Notes under the pieces: generated by a model
The model's database searches: none
What the model was told of the DNA's origin: nothing
The model's input: the letters and a program-made list of their open reading frames with translations, nothing else
Translations under genes and position numbers: made by a program
Assembly (NCBI GenBank): GCA_965262065.1
Contig: OZ253497.1
Location: forward strand, 493,637-557,636
From: Dehalococcoidia bacterium
Lineage (GTDB): Bacteria > Chloroflexota > Dehalococcoidia > Lucifugimonadales > Lucifugimonadaceae
Direction: 5' to 3'
DNA length: 64,000 nt
Shown: positions 18,946 through 27,828 of the stretch, piece by piece
How positions within the stretch are numbered: position 1 is the stretch's first letter
How the letters are laid out: each line of letters begins with the position of its first letter

Positions 18946-19899
18946 TCAGGCGCGTTTGACCGCGATCAACTCGGCGTGGACCAGAATCCGCCGGTCATAG
19001 ACATTCGGCGGCCAGCACGTGACGAGAATAATGCTGGAGTTCGGCGTGTTGGTTATCGCCAGGTCGTCCTGGTGGAGTTGTTCCGTCGCGACCACCCGAT
19101 AGAGATACTCCGCGTCCTCCGTCACGAGCACCACGTCGACGGGGTCCTGTCGTATGAGGTCCGCTATGTCCGGCAGGCGCCTGAACACGTCGCCTTCACC
19201 CTGCAGAATGCTCCGCAGATGCCCGAAGTACCATCCCTGAGCCATCTCGCCGGGGCGCGCCGTATCCGGTATGTGGCCGACGGTGTTGTCCGGCGTCTCG
19301 TACGAGAGTTGGTCCTCGATGTTCACGAGGCCAAGCTCCGCAACGCTCGAATCGAGGTTAACCGCCGGAATCTGAATTCGGACGGCGTTGCTCCTCGCCG
19401 CCTCCGCAACGTTCGTATCACGCGACGACACCGGCTCAAACCCCTCGGGCAGACTCGGTCCGCCGAACGGCGCGGCGCCGGCCCAGTACGGCTCGGCCCA
19501 GTACTTGGGATTGGTCAGGTTGGCCGGATAGACCGAGGCGAGATCGAGTACGTCCTGGCGCGGCAAATCGCCTGTCGCGGGACCGGCGCCGGTCGTCGCG
19601 TATTCATCCTCCGGCTCCAGTACCTCGGTGGTTTCCGGTCGCGCCGCACCGGTGGATCGAAGCGCCGGATCCTTGACAGGGTCGACCGGCGCAGCTTGCG
19701 CAAGCAGTTCCGGCAGGTCCGACGGAGGCGCCTTTACCTCGAACCAATCTTTGTCGGAACCGGATCGTGCGCCGGAGTACAGGTAGTATGCGACCAATCC
19801 GAACAAGACCAGACCGACGACGATCAGCCCTATCGACATCGTCGTCAACCAGGCCTGACGGGCCTTGGGCGTTCGGCGCATCTCTGCAATCTCGTTCAT
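18946..19899 (-). CDS. sortase family transpeptidase
   Basis: N-terminal TM, 'GHIPDT..GWYFGHL', catalytic 'LVTCWPP', downstream 'RRILVHAE'. Confidence 0.8.
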   Translation of the reverse strand: MNEIAEMRRTPKARQAWLTTMSIGLIVVGLVLFGLVAYYLYSGARSGSDKDWFEVKAPPSDLPELLAQAAPVDPVKDPALRSTGAARPETTEVLEPEDEYATTGAGPATGDLPRQDVLDLASVYPANLTNPKYWAEPYWAGAAPFGGPSLPEGFEPVSSRDTNVAEAARSNAVRIQIPAVNLDSSVAELGLVNIEDQLSYETPDNTVGHIPDTARPGEMAQGWYFGHLRSILQGEGDVFRRLPDIADLIRQDPVDVVLVTEDAEYLYRVVATEQLHQDDLAITNTPNSSIILVTCWPPNVYDRRILVHAELIAVKRA

Positions 19900-20014
19900 A
19901 CGACGAATGTACGATCGGCCGGTCTGCCGGTCGACGATCTGCCCTCTAGCCGCGCTCCGGGCTCAGTCAGTCGGCCCCGATTGTCAGGGAAAACGTTCCG
20001 GCGGCCTGTTCCTC

Positions 20015-20221
20015 TTAGTGGTACCTCGGACTCGCCCCCTGGATGATCGGCTCGTTGAGGTGGATCTCTCCATTACGGATCTTGATGTTGTACCCGCAGT
20101 CGGGGACGGTGCAGACCCATGCCTTGTAGTGTACGGCCGCCCCCTGACCGCCAAAGTCTGAAAGTGGTACCAGTACTCCTGTTGAACAAGACTGGCACAA
20201 TGGAAGGTCGTGCGATTCCAA
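20015..20221 (-). CDS. small Cys4 zinc-ribbon-like protein
   Basis: 68 aa with 'CQSC' and 'CTVPDC'. It has a TTG start preceded by GGGGAGAGG (hand reverse-complement). Confidence 0.5.
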   Translation of the reverse strand: MESHDLPLCQSCSTGVLVPLSDFGGQGAAVHYKAWVCTVPDCGYNIKIRNGEIHLNEPIIQGASPRYH

Positions 20222-20532
20222 CTTCTACCTCTCCCCTTTTACGATTTAGAGAATCGTATGGATACGTCGCCGGGTTCCGTACCCGGAGTAGTCTAGTTTA
20301 TCGGCTTACTTCCGCCGCCGCTTTGAATTCTCCGGCCGGCGCGTTGGCCAAAACACGCGATCCACAACAAGAATCCAGCCAAAAACACAACACCTGGCTC
20401 ATTTGAACGGTTCTTTCCACTGGCGCGCAAGCCCAAGAGGCTATCCAAAAAGGTACTGCCGGGGCCGAGCGGAGACGTGTGCCACGCGGAGGGTGAACAT
20501 TTGTCAGGAGCGTAAAGGAATGTCATTCTGAG

Positions 20533-20629
20533 AGCCTGTGAATAAATCCCCAGGAACCGTCTAATTGAGACCGTTTTCAAAGTCAAATTGAGACTGAAAA
20601 CCGCAGGTTTCGCAATAAAATCACAAGCT
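20533..20629. mobile_element. 97-nt MITE-like insertion inside a palindromic repeat unit
   Basis: Terminal inverted repeats are agcctgtga (20533-20541) and tcacaagct (20621-20629), 8/9 complementary. It is flanked by direct 'ctgag' at 20528-20532 and 20630-20634. Removing it joins gtcattctgag + cgaagcgaagaatc into one hairpin-forming unit. Confidence 0.35.
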
Positions 20630-20730
20630 CTGAGCGAAGCGAAGAATCTAACGTCTCCCGGGCACCGCGGTCCACCCATCTGACCCCAGACCCTTCGACT
20701 TCGCTCAGGGTGACACCTAGGGGACTCAGA

Positions 20731-20868
20731 ATGACATCTTGGGACCGAGGGCCATACGGGCGGGGTCAAGAAAAAGATGACATCTTGGGACCGAGGGCCA
20801 TACGGGCGGGGTCAAGAAAAAGATGACATCTTGGGACTCAGGGCCACACGGGCGGGGTCAAGAAAAAA
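20731..20868. repeat. 3 x 46-nt perfect/near-perfect tandem repeat
   Basis: The unit atgacatcttgggaccgagggccatacgggcggggtcaagaaaaag occurs at 20731, 20777 and 20823. The third copy has 3 substitutions. Confidence 0.9.
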
Positions 20869-20954
20869 GGGGGTTGCGGAATATGAGGGAGTACTCAGGG
20901 ACGTAGTTGGTAGGCAATTCATTGACAATATTTGGGTCAGCCAAAAAACCAAAA

Positions 20955-22010
20955 ATGAAGATCCTTGGGATAGAGACGTCTTGCGACGAGACGGCGGCGG
21001 GTCTGGTGGACCAGGACGGCCGTCTGTTGGCGAACGTCGTGGCGTCTCAATCTGAACTGCACGCCCGGTTCGGCGGAGTGGTCCCTGAAGTCGCGTCGAG
21101 GCAACACCTGTTGTCGATACAAGGCGTTCTTCGAAGAGCGCTCGACGAGTCCGGGACCGGCTGGGAAGAGATCGACGCCGTCGCCGTAACGAACGGGCCG
21201 GGACTCGCCGGCGCGCTGATCGTAGGCGTAAACGTCGCCAAGGGTCTCGCGGCTTCGCTGGGAGTGCCACTCGTCGGCGTCAATCACCTCGCAGGCCACG
21301 TCTACGCGGCGTGGATCGACAGCGGCGCCGGCCCCGCCGTGGAGGACGACCGACTCCCCTCGACGGGGCATGGCCCAGTTACCCCGCGCATGTGCCTGAT
21401 CGTGTCCGGAGGCCACACGGAGTTGGTGCTAATGGACGATGAGGGGCGTTTCCGGATGATCGGCGAGACGCGTGATGACGCCGCGGGTGAGGCCTTCGAC
21501 AAGGTCGCCAGGGTGCTGGGCCTGAGGTATCCGGGCGGCCCCGAGATTCAAAGGGCGGCCAGGGACGGGGGACGTACCGGGCCGCTTCCCCGCGCATGGC
21601 TGAGAGGCACGCATGACTTCAGCTTCAGCGGCCTAAAGACGGCGGTGATTCGGCGGGCGCGGCAGGATGGGATCTATCCGCCGCCGCCGGACGGGCCTCC
21701 CTGGGAAAATGTAGCCGCGCTGGCGCGGGAGTTTCAGAATTCGGTGGTGGACGTTCTTGTCAAAAAGACCGTCGACGCGTCCGCAAGATACGGGTGCGGC
21801 GAGGTGGTGTTGGCCGGCGGGGTAGCGGCAAACTCGGCGCTCAGGGAAACCTTGGCCCGCGCCTCGGACGTGCCCGTTGCCGTGCCTCCCGTGGCGCTGT
21901 GCACAGACAACGGCGCCATGATCGCCATGGCGGGGCTGGTGGAGTTGGAACGGGGCAGGACTTCCGGATGGGACCTGGACGTGATCCCCGGGCTGCGGCT
22001 CGCCGCCTGA
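20955..22010 (+). CDS. tsaD: tRNA N6-adenosine threonylcarbamoyltransferase
   Basis: 'MKILGIETSCDETAAG', 'GGVVPEVASRQH', 'VNHLAGH'. The ATG at 20955 lies within track ORF 20907..22010. Confidence 0.93.
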   Translation: MKILGIETSCDETAAGLVDQDGRLLANVVASQSELHARFGGVVPEVASRQHLLSIQGVLRRALDESGTGWEEIDAVAVTNGPGLAGALIVGVNVAKGLAASLGVPLVGVNHLAGHVYAAWIDSGAGPAVEDDRLPSTGHGPVTPRMCLIVSGGHTELVLMDDEGRFRMIGETRDDAAGEAFDKVARVLGLRYPGGPEIQRAARDGGRTGPLPRAWLRGTHDFSFSGLKTAVIRRARQDGIYPPPPDGPPWENVAALAREFQNSVVDVLVKKTVDASARYGCGEVVLAGGVAANSALRETLARASDVPVAVPPVALCTDNGAMIAMAGLVELERGRTSGWDLDVIPGLRLAA

Positions 22011-22098
22011 ACTGACCCGCGCCGGCCTCGAAAGCGCAAGCAAACTGCGAAACATGATCAGGGCCTGCGGCTTGTCGGCTGAAACGTCCTGTGCAGTC

Positions 22099-22674
22099 CT
22101 AAAGTAGAGGATTCCTCACGGCCCCGAACGGACGGGAAGGCGGACCCGGCCTCGTCCTCCAGGTCAATTCGGCACGCTGGCGTTCGAACTTCGCCGCAAA
22201 AGCCTGCGCGGCCCCGGCATCTGCGTGCTCCACCTGCCCTCCCAACGGGCCGCCCGGCGTCAGGAACGTCAACATGATCCCCGGCCGCCTGAGCCAGTAG
22301 TCGGCCAGCAGCGCAATCGAGACAACGCCAACTACGCCAGCCGCGATCGCGCCGACGGACTCGCTCCTGGTCACCTGCCATACAGCGATCGCGGCGAGAA
22401 GGCCTATGACACCCCATACTGCGCTGCGCCTGTCCCTCGACCTGCGTTCGAGCCTCACCGCTGCCACGTCCGTGAGACGAGCTGATTCAGCGATGATCCG
22501 GTCCTCACTGCCGCCGGCGTAGAGGACCCGTCGGTCCGTAAGAACGAACAGTGCGCCGCCCGCGCCGGGGGCTTCTGCAATCCATTCTTCGCCGGGGAGC
22601 AGCGCCAGCGGCCCGCTCTCGCTCCCCGGAGCCTCGTCCGCCGGGATGCCGGCGTATCGTGGTTCAACAGCCAT
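22099..22674 (-). CDS. hypothetical membrane protein (PH-like N-terminal region plus 2 TM)
   Basis: 'LFVLTDRRVLYAGGSEDRII' followed by hydrophobic 'VWGVIGLLAAIAVWQV' and 'AGVVGVVSIALLA'. Confidence 0.5.
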   Translation of the reverse strand: MAVEPRYAGIPADEAPGSESGPLALLPGEEWIAEAPGAGGALFVLTDRRVLYAGGSEDRIIAESARLTDVAAVRLERRSRDRRSAVWGVIGLLAAIAVWQVTRSESVGAIAAGVVGVVSIALLADYWLRRPGIMLTFLTPGGPLGGQVEHADAGAAQAFAAKFERQRAELTWRTRPGPPSRPFGAVRNPLL

Positions 22675-22704
22675 TACTGAGGTCCTGCCGGGGGTCGCAA
22701 CGAC

Positions 22705-24252
22705 TCATCGCATGGATCGCAGACGCGCCGCGCCAAGGGGCAACTGCCGCGTCATGTCGATGGGAGTGGTCAATGATCGATAGAGGTAGATCAAACCCTG
22801 CTGTTCCCTTGCGCCGTACGCCGAAGCACGTTTCGCCGGTCCCAGGGCGAACATCAACTTCGCCTCGCGGGTTATGGAGTTTTCCGGAAGGGCCGGAAAA
22901 CTACGGTATAGATCGACTACGACGGACTCCAGCGTGCTGTCGTCCTGCAGGCGCGCCGCAGCGCACAACCCAGGCAGTACTGCGTTAACGACTATTTCCG
23001 CCGCCCTCCCGCGCCCGATCAGCGAACGCCTTCCACCTTCTCCCGGCGCCTCGAACGCGCGAATGACGTCACGGGGTTTCCTGGACCCAAGCACGATCGC
23101 AGTCATGGTACGCGCCGGCCCGCCGCCTTCGCTCCAGCGCGCCGCCAGCCGCGCCGCGCCCCTGATCCGGCGTTCCGGCGCATTGTCCGGCCTTCCCGCC
23201 GGACGGGTCCAGACCGGGGCCGTCCCGTTCAGCCGGCCTGCGCCGGTCGGTTTGCCGGCAAATCCGCCTGCCCAAAGCAGCAGGTCCTCCATTGGGGAGA
23301 CGTCTCCGGTAGCCACCCGGGAAACCAACGAGGCCCATGGCAGCCTGCGGGCCAACTCCCTGAACTGGCGCTTGTTGCGCGGATAGCCCATGCACTCCAT
23401 TACGGCCAAATACAGCGCCTGGTCAACTCCCTCGTGACGCATCGCCAACTCCGCCCCGCTGACCCTGGCCGCGAAACGCTCCTCGCCCGCGGTGGACAGA
23501 TCGAGCGGCAACGGCAGCGGCTCTACGACCGGGACATCCAGACCGGCAGCGCTTTCCGAACGGCTGCCAACGCGCCTTTTTCCGCCGAGCAACGGACCCA
23601 GCCGCAGTTCCCGCACATCGCGATTGGCCGACGATACGGTGCCTGCCTCACCTGCGTTTTCCAGGAAAGCGTGGAAGGTCACGCCGTTGTAACGCGGGTC
23701 CTTGTCGTGCCCATGGGCGCGCCAGCCGTTTCGTCTCACGTGAATCTCGACGTCGCCCGTGACCCTCGCGCCGTCGTCCCTCATCAGGACCGCGTCGACG
23801 AAGTCGGGGCCGTAGCTGCCGCCACGTCTGCCGGAATACACAACCTGATACCAACGCCCGTCGCTGGCCTTCAGCGAGATATCGCGAGCCGCCGAGCGCC
23901 GCCATGCGTCCTGGAGGGTCTTCTCCGGTGTGCCGCGCGGCGATTTCCGGGGGATTACGGGAGCCGGCCGGGTGCGGCCGCTATCCGCCGCAACGACAAA
24001 AGCGGTCCGTTTGTGAACGGAGCGTTCGGCGACCCGCACGCGCCGTGTCGGGCCCGGATCGGCGGCGGAACGCAGAAGTAACCGGCCGACGCCAAAACCG
24101 GTCGCATAAACGGCGTTTCCCGTAACTCGACAGTTGCGCCCATCTACGCAATAGTGCGCCGAATCCTCGCGAACAAGCTGCGACATACGCGTGGCGCGTC
24201 GTTCGCCGGGCTCTGCGCGTTCGCCTTGAGGCCGACCGATTGCGACAGTCAT
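22705..24252 (-). CDS. DUF2851-like protein
   Basis: 'GPDFVDAVLMRDDGARVTGDVEIHVRRNGWRAHGHDKDPRYNGVTFHAFL' matches my memory of the DUF2851 signature (GPDF..VEIHv..s.W..HgH..Dp.Y..V.LHvv). Confidence 0.55.
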   Translation of the reverse strand: MTVAIGRPQGERAEPGERRATRMSQLVREDSAHYCVDGRNCRVTGNAVYATGFGVGRLLLRSAADPGPTRRVRVAERSVHKRTAFVVAADSGRTRPAPVIPRKSPRGTPEKTLQDAWRRSAARDISLKASDGRWYQVVYSGRRGGSYGPDFVDAVLMRDDGARVTGDVEIHVRRNGWRAHGHDKDPRYNGVTFHAFLENAGEAGTVSSANRDVRELRLGPLLGGKRRVGSRSESAAGLDVPVVEPLPLPLDLSTAGEERFAARVSGAELAMRHEGVDQALYLAVMECMGYPRNKRQFRELARRLPWASLVSRVATGDVSPMEDLLLWAGGFAGKPTGAGRLNGTAPVWTRPAGRPDNAPERRIRGAARLAARWSEGGGPARTMTAIVLGSRKPRDVIRAFEAPGEGGRRSLIGRGRAAEIVVNAVLPGLCAAARLQDDSTLESVVVDLYRSFPALPENSITREAKLMFALGPAKRASAYGAREQQGLIYLYRSLTTPIDMTRQLPLGAARLRSMR

Positions 24253-24258
24253 TGTTGA

Positions 24259-25050
24259 CTAGCCGCCGAATGCGTTATCGCGATTAGAGTTCACGAACGC
24301 CCTTGCGTTGTCGAACATCAAGTCAGTGATCGCGAGTGTTACGGAGTAGTCGGAAGCCAGACTCTTGCCGGAAGCGCGGGTCTTGCTGACGACATCCTGC
24401 CACGCCTCCAACGCCGCCGGATGATCCGGTTCGCCGGGGTGGCCCAACGAAGCGGCGAAATCGTGGGGTCCGGCGGTTATTCCGGTCAGCCCGGGAACCG
24501 TCAGAATCTCCTCGAGGTTTTCCCAGGCGACCTTCGATTCGATTTGGCCGAACACCAGCATGTTTGCGTTGGACCACTTCGCGAAACCCAGTTTGCCGCC
24601 CATGGCATCCAGTTTCTCGGTGTCTCCGAACTCGGTCCCCCGGCCTCCGCCCCAGGACCTCTGCCCGTCCGGTGGAAACAGGCATGCGTCGGCCAGCATT
24701 TGGGCTTGATCGAGGGTGTCGATGTGCGGCCCGACGATGCCCTGAACCCCGCGGTCGAGAAACAGGTTGATGGTGTCCGAGTTGATGTTCGGGACTCGCG
24801 CGGTGACGGACATCCCGTACCCGTTAGCGACCCGGCAGATCTCGTCCACCGACTCGGGGGTGAAATGACCGTGCTCTCCGTCGACATTGATGGAGTCGAA
24901 CCCGCACTGCGCCGCGATCTCGACAAGTTGCATCGAGGGGAATATTAGGCCGAATCCGACGGCCTTCTTGCCCGCCCGATTTCTACGCATTATGGAATTC
25001 TCAATCATTGTTTTGTTTGACTCCTTTTTTGGCTGACCTGCTAGCCACAT
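24259..25050 (-). CDS. HpcH/HpaI family 2-keto-3-deoxy-acid aldolase
   Basis: 'FDSINVDGEHGHF', 'VTARVPN', 'VFGQIES', 'GPHDFAASLG'. Confidence 0.8.
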   Translation of the reverse strand: MWLAGQPKKESNKTMIENSIMRRNRAGKKAVGFGLIFPSMQLVEIAAQCGFDSINVDGEHGHFTPESVDEICRVANGYGMSVTARVPNINSDTINLFLDRGVQGIVGPHIDTLDQAQMLADACLFPPDGQRSWGGGRGTEFGDTEKLDAMGGKLGFAKWSNANMLVFGQIESKVAWENLEEILTVPGLTGITAGPHDFAASLGHPGEPDHPAALEAWQDVVSKTRASGKSLASDYSVTLAITDLMFDNARAFVNSNRDNAFGG

Positions 25051-25237
25051 TATTCGGTATTCAAGACTTTACTTGCCCTGCCTAAGTATCGGAATTGTGG
25101 GCCGGATTTCGGCTGATCTCCTGGTCATCGTGTTCGGGTCCAAGACGGTGTCCAATGATACCGATTCGTTTCGATTACGCCGTCACTACGCGTGCGGATT
25201 CGTCCCCAACGTGGTCGAGAGTCAGCCCGTTCGCACC

Positions 25238-26395
25238 TTAAATCCCGCGGATCGATCCTCCCGCGGAGGTTGTTCGTTCCATCGGAGGATGCCGCGCTAT
25301 TTCGTCTTCGACAAATTCCAGGCCCAGTCCCGGCGCGTCGGATAACTTCACGTAGCCGTCCTCCTGGCGTGGGAAACCGGCCGTCACGTCGAAGTAGTGC
25401 GGATCGTAGAACTCTGCGTGGTACTCCTGGATGAGGAAGTTCCATACCGCCGCGTCGAGGTGCATCTCCGCCATCGCTCCCACCGGGGAGCAGACGTTGT
25501 GCGGCGCCATCGTTGCGTGCTCCGCCTCGGCGAGCGTGGCGATCTTCCTGAGCTCCGTGATGCCGCCCGCGTTGGCTATGTCCGGCTGCAGCACGTCGAC
25601 CGCCCTCGCCTTCAACAGCTGGTTGAACGGGAAAATCGTGTACAGCCGCTCGCCCGTGGCGATCGGGATATCGACGCGGTCTCTAACCTCCGCCATCTCG
25701 TGCACGTTCTCCGGCGAGACCGGTTCTTCATAGAAGAGCGGCCGGTACTCCTCCATCCGCTTGCCGAGTTGAATGGCAGTGACAACGTTGAACTTGGCAT
25801 GCGCCTCTACGAGGATGTCGACCTCCGGCCCGACCGCGTTGCTCACTGCGGCCACCCGGTCCTGCGCAAGTTGCGCCTCGCGCAGCGAGATGGTGTAGTA
25901 GTTTGTCTGGCCGAACGGGTCGAACTTGAGGGCCGTGTATCCCATGTCCACCACGACCTTCGCCTCGTCGGCGTTCTGCGCGGGCGTGCCGGGGTTCGTA
26001 TACCAGCCGTTGGCGTACACCCTGATTCGGGTGCGATGCGCGCCGCCGAGCAGCCGGTAGACCGGCTGGTCAAGGATCTTGCCCTTGAGGTCCCACAGCG
26101 CCATGTCGATCCCGGACAACGCGGTCGTCGCAATGCGTCCGCCGCGCGCTTGTTGGTCCATGTACAGCACGTTGTGCAGCACGCCGGAGTCGAGCGGGTC
26201 TTTTCCCACGAGGTAACGCGCCGTCAGTTCTTCGACGAACGACATCACCTCGGCGTCGTTCTGCATGGGGCTGGCGTCCCCGAGGCCGCTGAGCCCGGGC
26301 TGATCGGTGTTCAGCTTGACCATCAGCCAATTGCGGCTCGCGTTGTGGTGCCTCGCCGAGAATCGCCTGAACTCTACGCCCGTTATCGCTGGCAT
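25238..26395 (-). CDS. enolase-superfamily dehydratase (mandelate racemase/muconate lactonizing family), paralogue 1
   Basis: Start at 'MPAITGVEF' (ATG 26393-26395, AAGGA upstream). Motifs: 'ALWDLKGK', 'LKFDPFG', 'VEAHAKF', 'FYEEP', 'IATGERL', 'VLQPD'. The tracked extension to 26824 overlaps the next gene and looks non-coding. Confidence 0.88.
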   Translation of the reverse strand: MPAITGVEFRRFSARHHNASRNWLMVKLNTDQPGLSGLGDASPMQNDAEVMSFVEELTARYLVGKDPLDSGVLHNVLYMDQQARGGRIATTALSGIDMALWDLKGKILDQPVYRLLGGAHRTRIRVYANGWYTNPGTPAQNADEAKVVVDMGYTALKFDPFGQTNYYTISLREAQLAQDRVAAVSNAVGPEVDILVEAHAKFNVVTAIQLGKRMEEYRPLFYEEPVSPENVHEMAEVRDRVDIPIATGERLYTIFPFNQLLKARAVDVLQPDIANAGGITELRKIATLAEAEHATMAPHNVCSPVGAMAEMHLDAAVWNFLIQEYHAEFYDPHYFDVTAGFPRQEDGYVKLSDAPGLGLEFVEDEIARHPPMERTTSAGGSIRGI

Positions 26396-26638
26396 CGTGT
26401 TTCCTTGCCAACCCGCTGTATTCACGGGCCCGTTGTCGTCCGCACCCCTGCCGATGAAAGGGAACCCACGATCCCGCCGCCGTCGGCTAGTCGTCGCAGT
26501 GTAACGGCCCTGACAAAATCGCGGCGGCGCCAGCCGTTCCAGTGGATGTACCGCGGGCCGCTTTAACGGCCTCCAACGCCGGGCGCGCCCACCCTTTGCG
26601 TACAATCCAGCCAGAACCGGCGCCGGAGAAGGAGAAAC

Positions 26639-27748
26639 ATGTCCAGGCCGATCATCATCATCTGCATAGACGGGTTCGACCCCGATTATCTCGAGGCGGC
26701 CGAAATGCCCAACCTGCGGGAAATCGGCCGCAAGGGCTTCATGACCACGGGCCGGTCGATGATGCCGTCGGTGACCAACGTGAACAACGTCTCGATCGTC
26801 ACCGCCAGCTATCCCGCCGAGCACGGAATATGCTCGAACTACCGATGGGACAGGGAGACGGGCGAAGGGTTCTACATGGAGTCGGCCGAGAACATCCGCT
26901 CCCGGACGATGTTCCGGCGCGCCGGTGAACTTGGAATGACGTCGATCGTGGTCACCGCCAAAGACAAGCTTCGTACGCTCGTGGGCGTCGACGCCACGAC
27001 ACCGGTCTCCTCCGAGCGGGCGCCCGATTGGATCACCGCCGCCGTAGGCGACCCGCCGGAGGTCTACTCCCTGGAGGTGAACGGGTGGGTGATTGACGTC
27101 GGCAACTTCCTAATGAAGCAGCGGCCGGTGGATATCGCCTATCTCACGACCACGGACTTTGCGATGCACATGAACCCGCCCGACCATCCGGAGGCCCTCC
27201 GCCACATGGCCATCCTCGACGACGCCATAGGCCGCATCGCCGCCGACCACCCAGACGCGACGATCCTAATCACGGCCGACCATGGGATGAACCAAAAAAC
27301 CGAAATGGTCGATCTCAAGGCCATTCTTTCTGGGCGGGGCATCCAGTCCAACCCCGTCGCGATCATCAAGGACCGCTATGTCTTGCACCACTCGAACCTC
27401 GGTGGGTGCATGTACATCTACCTCGATCCGGCGAACGTCCGCGAGGCCATCGAAATCCTCCGCGACACGCCCGGAGTCGACGGCGCGATGACGAGAGAGG
27501 CGGCAGCGGAACGATTCGATCTCAGGCCGGACGCTATCGGCGATATCGTGGTGACGGCCTCTCGGTCTGTCGTTTTCGGGGACGCGGCAGAGGTCTCCAT
27601 TCCCGATGGCCTGCGGTCCCACGGCTCCGTGCACGAGCGCGACATACCGATCGTCGGGTACAAAGGCGATTTCGACGGCTTCGAGTTTCGTGAGAACCGC
27701 GACGTAGGCCGATACGTGTTCGAACGCGTGCTCGGGCGATCCGATTGA
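26639..27748 (+). CDS. alkaline-phosphatase-superfamily hydrolase, phosphonoacetate hydrolase (PhnA)-like
   Basis: 'IIICIDGFDPDYL', 'MPSVTNVNNVSIVTASYPAEHGI', 'VTAKDKLRTL', 'TTDFAMH', 'ITADHGMNQKT', 'LRSHGS'. These resemble PhnA as I remember it. Confidence 0.6.
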   Translation: MSRPIIIICIDGFDPDYLEAAEMPNLREIGRKGFMTTGRSMMPSVTNVNNVSIVTASYPAEHGICSNYRWDRETGEGFYMESAENIRSRTMFRRAGELGMTSIVVTAKDKLRTLVGVDATTPVSSERAPDWITAAVGDPPEVYSLEVNGWVIDVGNFLMKQRPVDIAYLTTTDFAMHMNPPDHPEALRHMAILDDAIGRIAADHPDATILITADHGMNQKTEMVDLKAILSGRGIQSNPVAIIKDRYVLHHSNLGGCMYIYLDPANVREAIEILRDTPGVDGAMTREAAAERFDLRPDAIGDIVVTASRSVVFGDAAEVSIPDGLRSHGSVHERDIPIVGYKGDFDGFEFRENRDVGRYVFERVLGRSD

Positions 27749-27828
27749 GGCCTCAGCCACTAAAGATTTCGTATGCTGGCGCCACGTGACGTCCCCGCCC
27801 CACCCAAGCGCCACGAAATGGAGCGAAC

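Noticed and set aside
18817-20046. 409-aa plus-strand ORF
   Set aside because: It is antisense to the sortase gene and its translation is Arg-rich low complexity.
20293-20769. 158-aa minus-strand ORF in the tsaD upstream region
   Set aside because: It runs through palindromic and tandem repeats and low-GC DNA, and has no recognisable motif or RBS. It is most likely a chance ORF.
20731-20868. CRISPR array
   Set aside because: The 46-nt units are directly abutting with no unique spacers, there are only three copies, and no cas genes are present.
26396-26824. N-terminal 143-aa extension of the enolase ORF 25238..26824
   Set aside because: The extension is non-homologous and Arg/Pro-rich, and overlaps the start of the divergent PhnA-like gene. 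A good ATG with an AAGGA RBS at 26395 gives the canonical enolase N-terminus.
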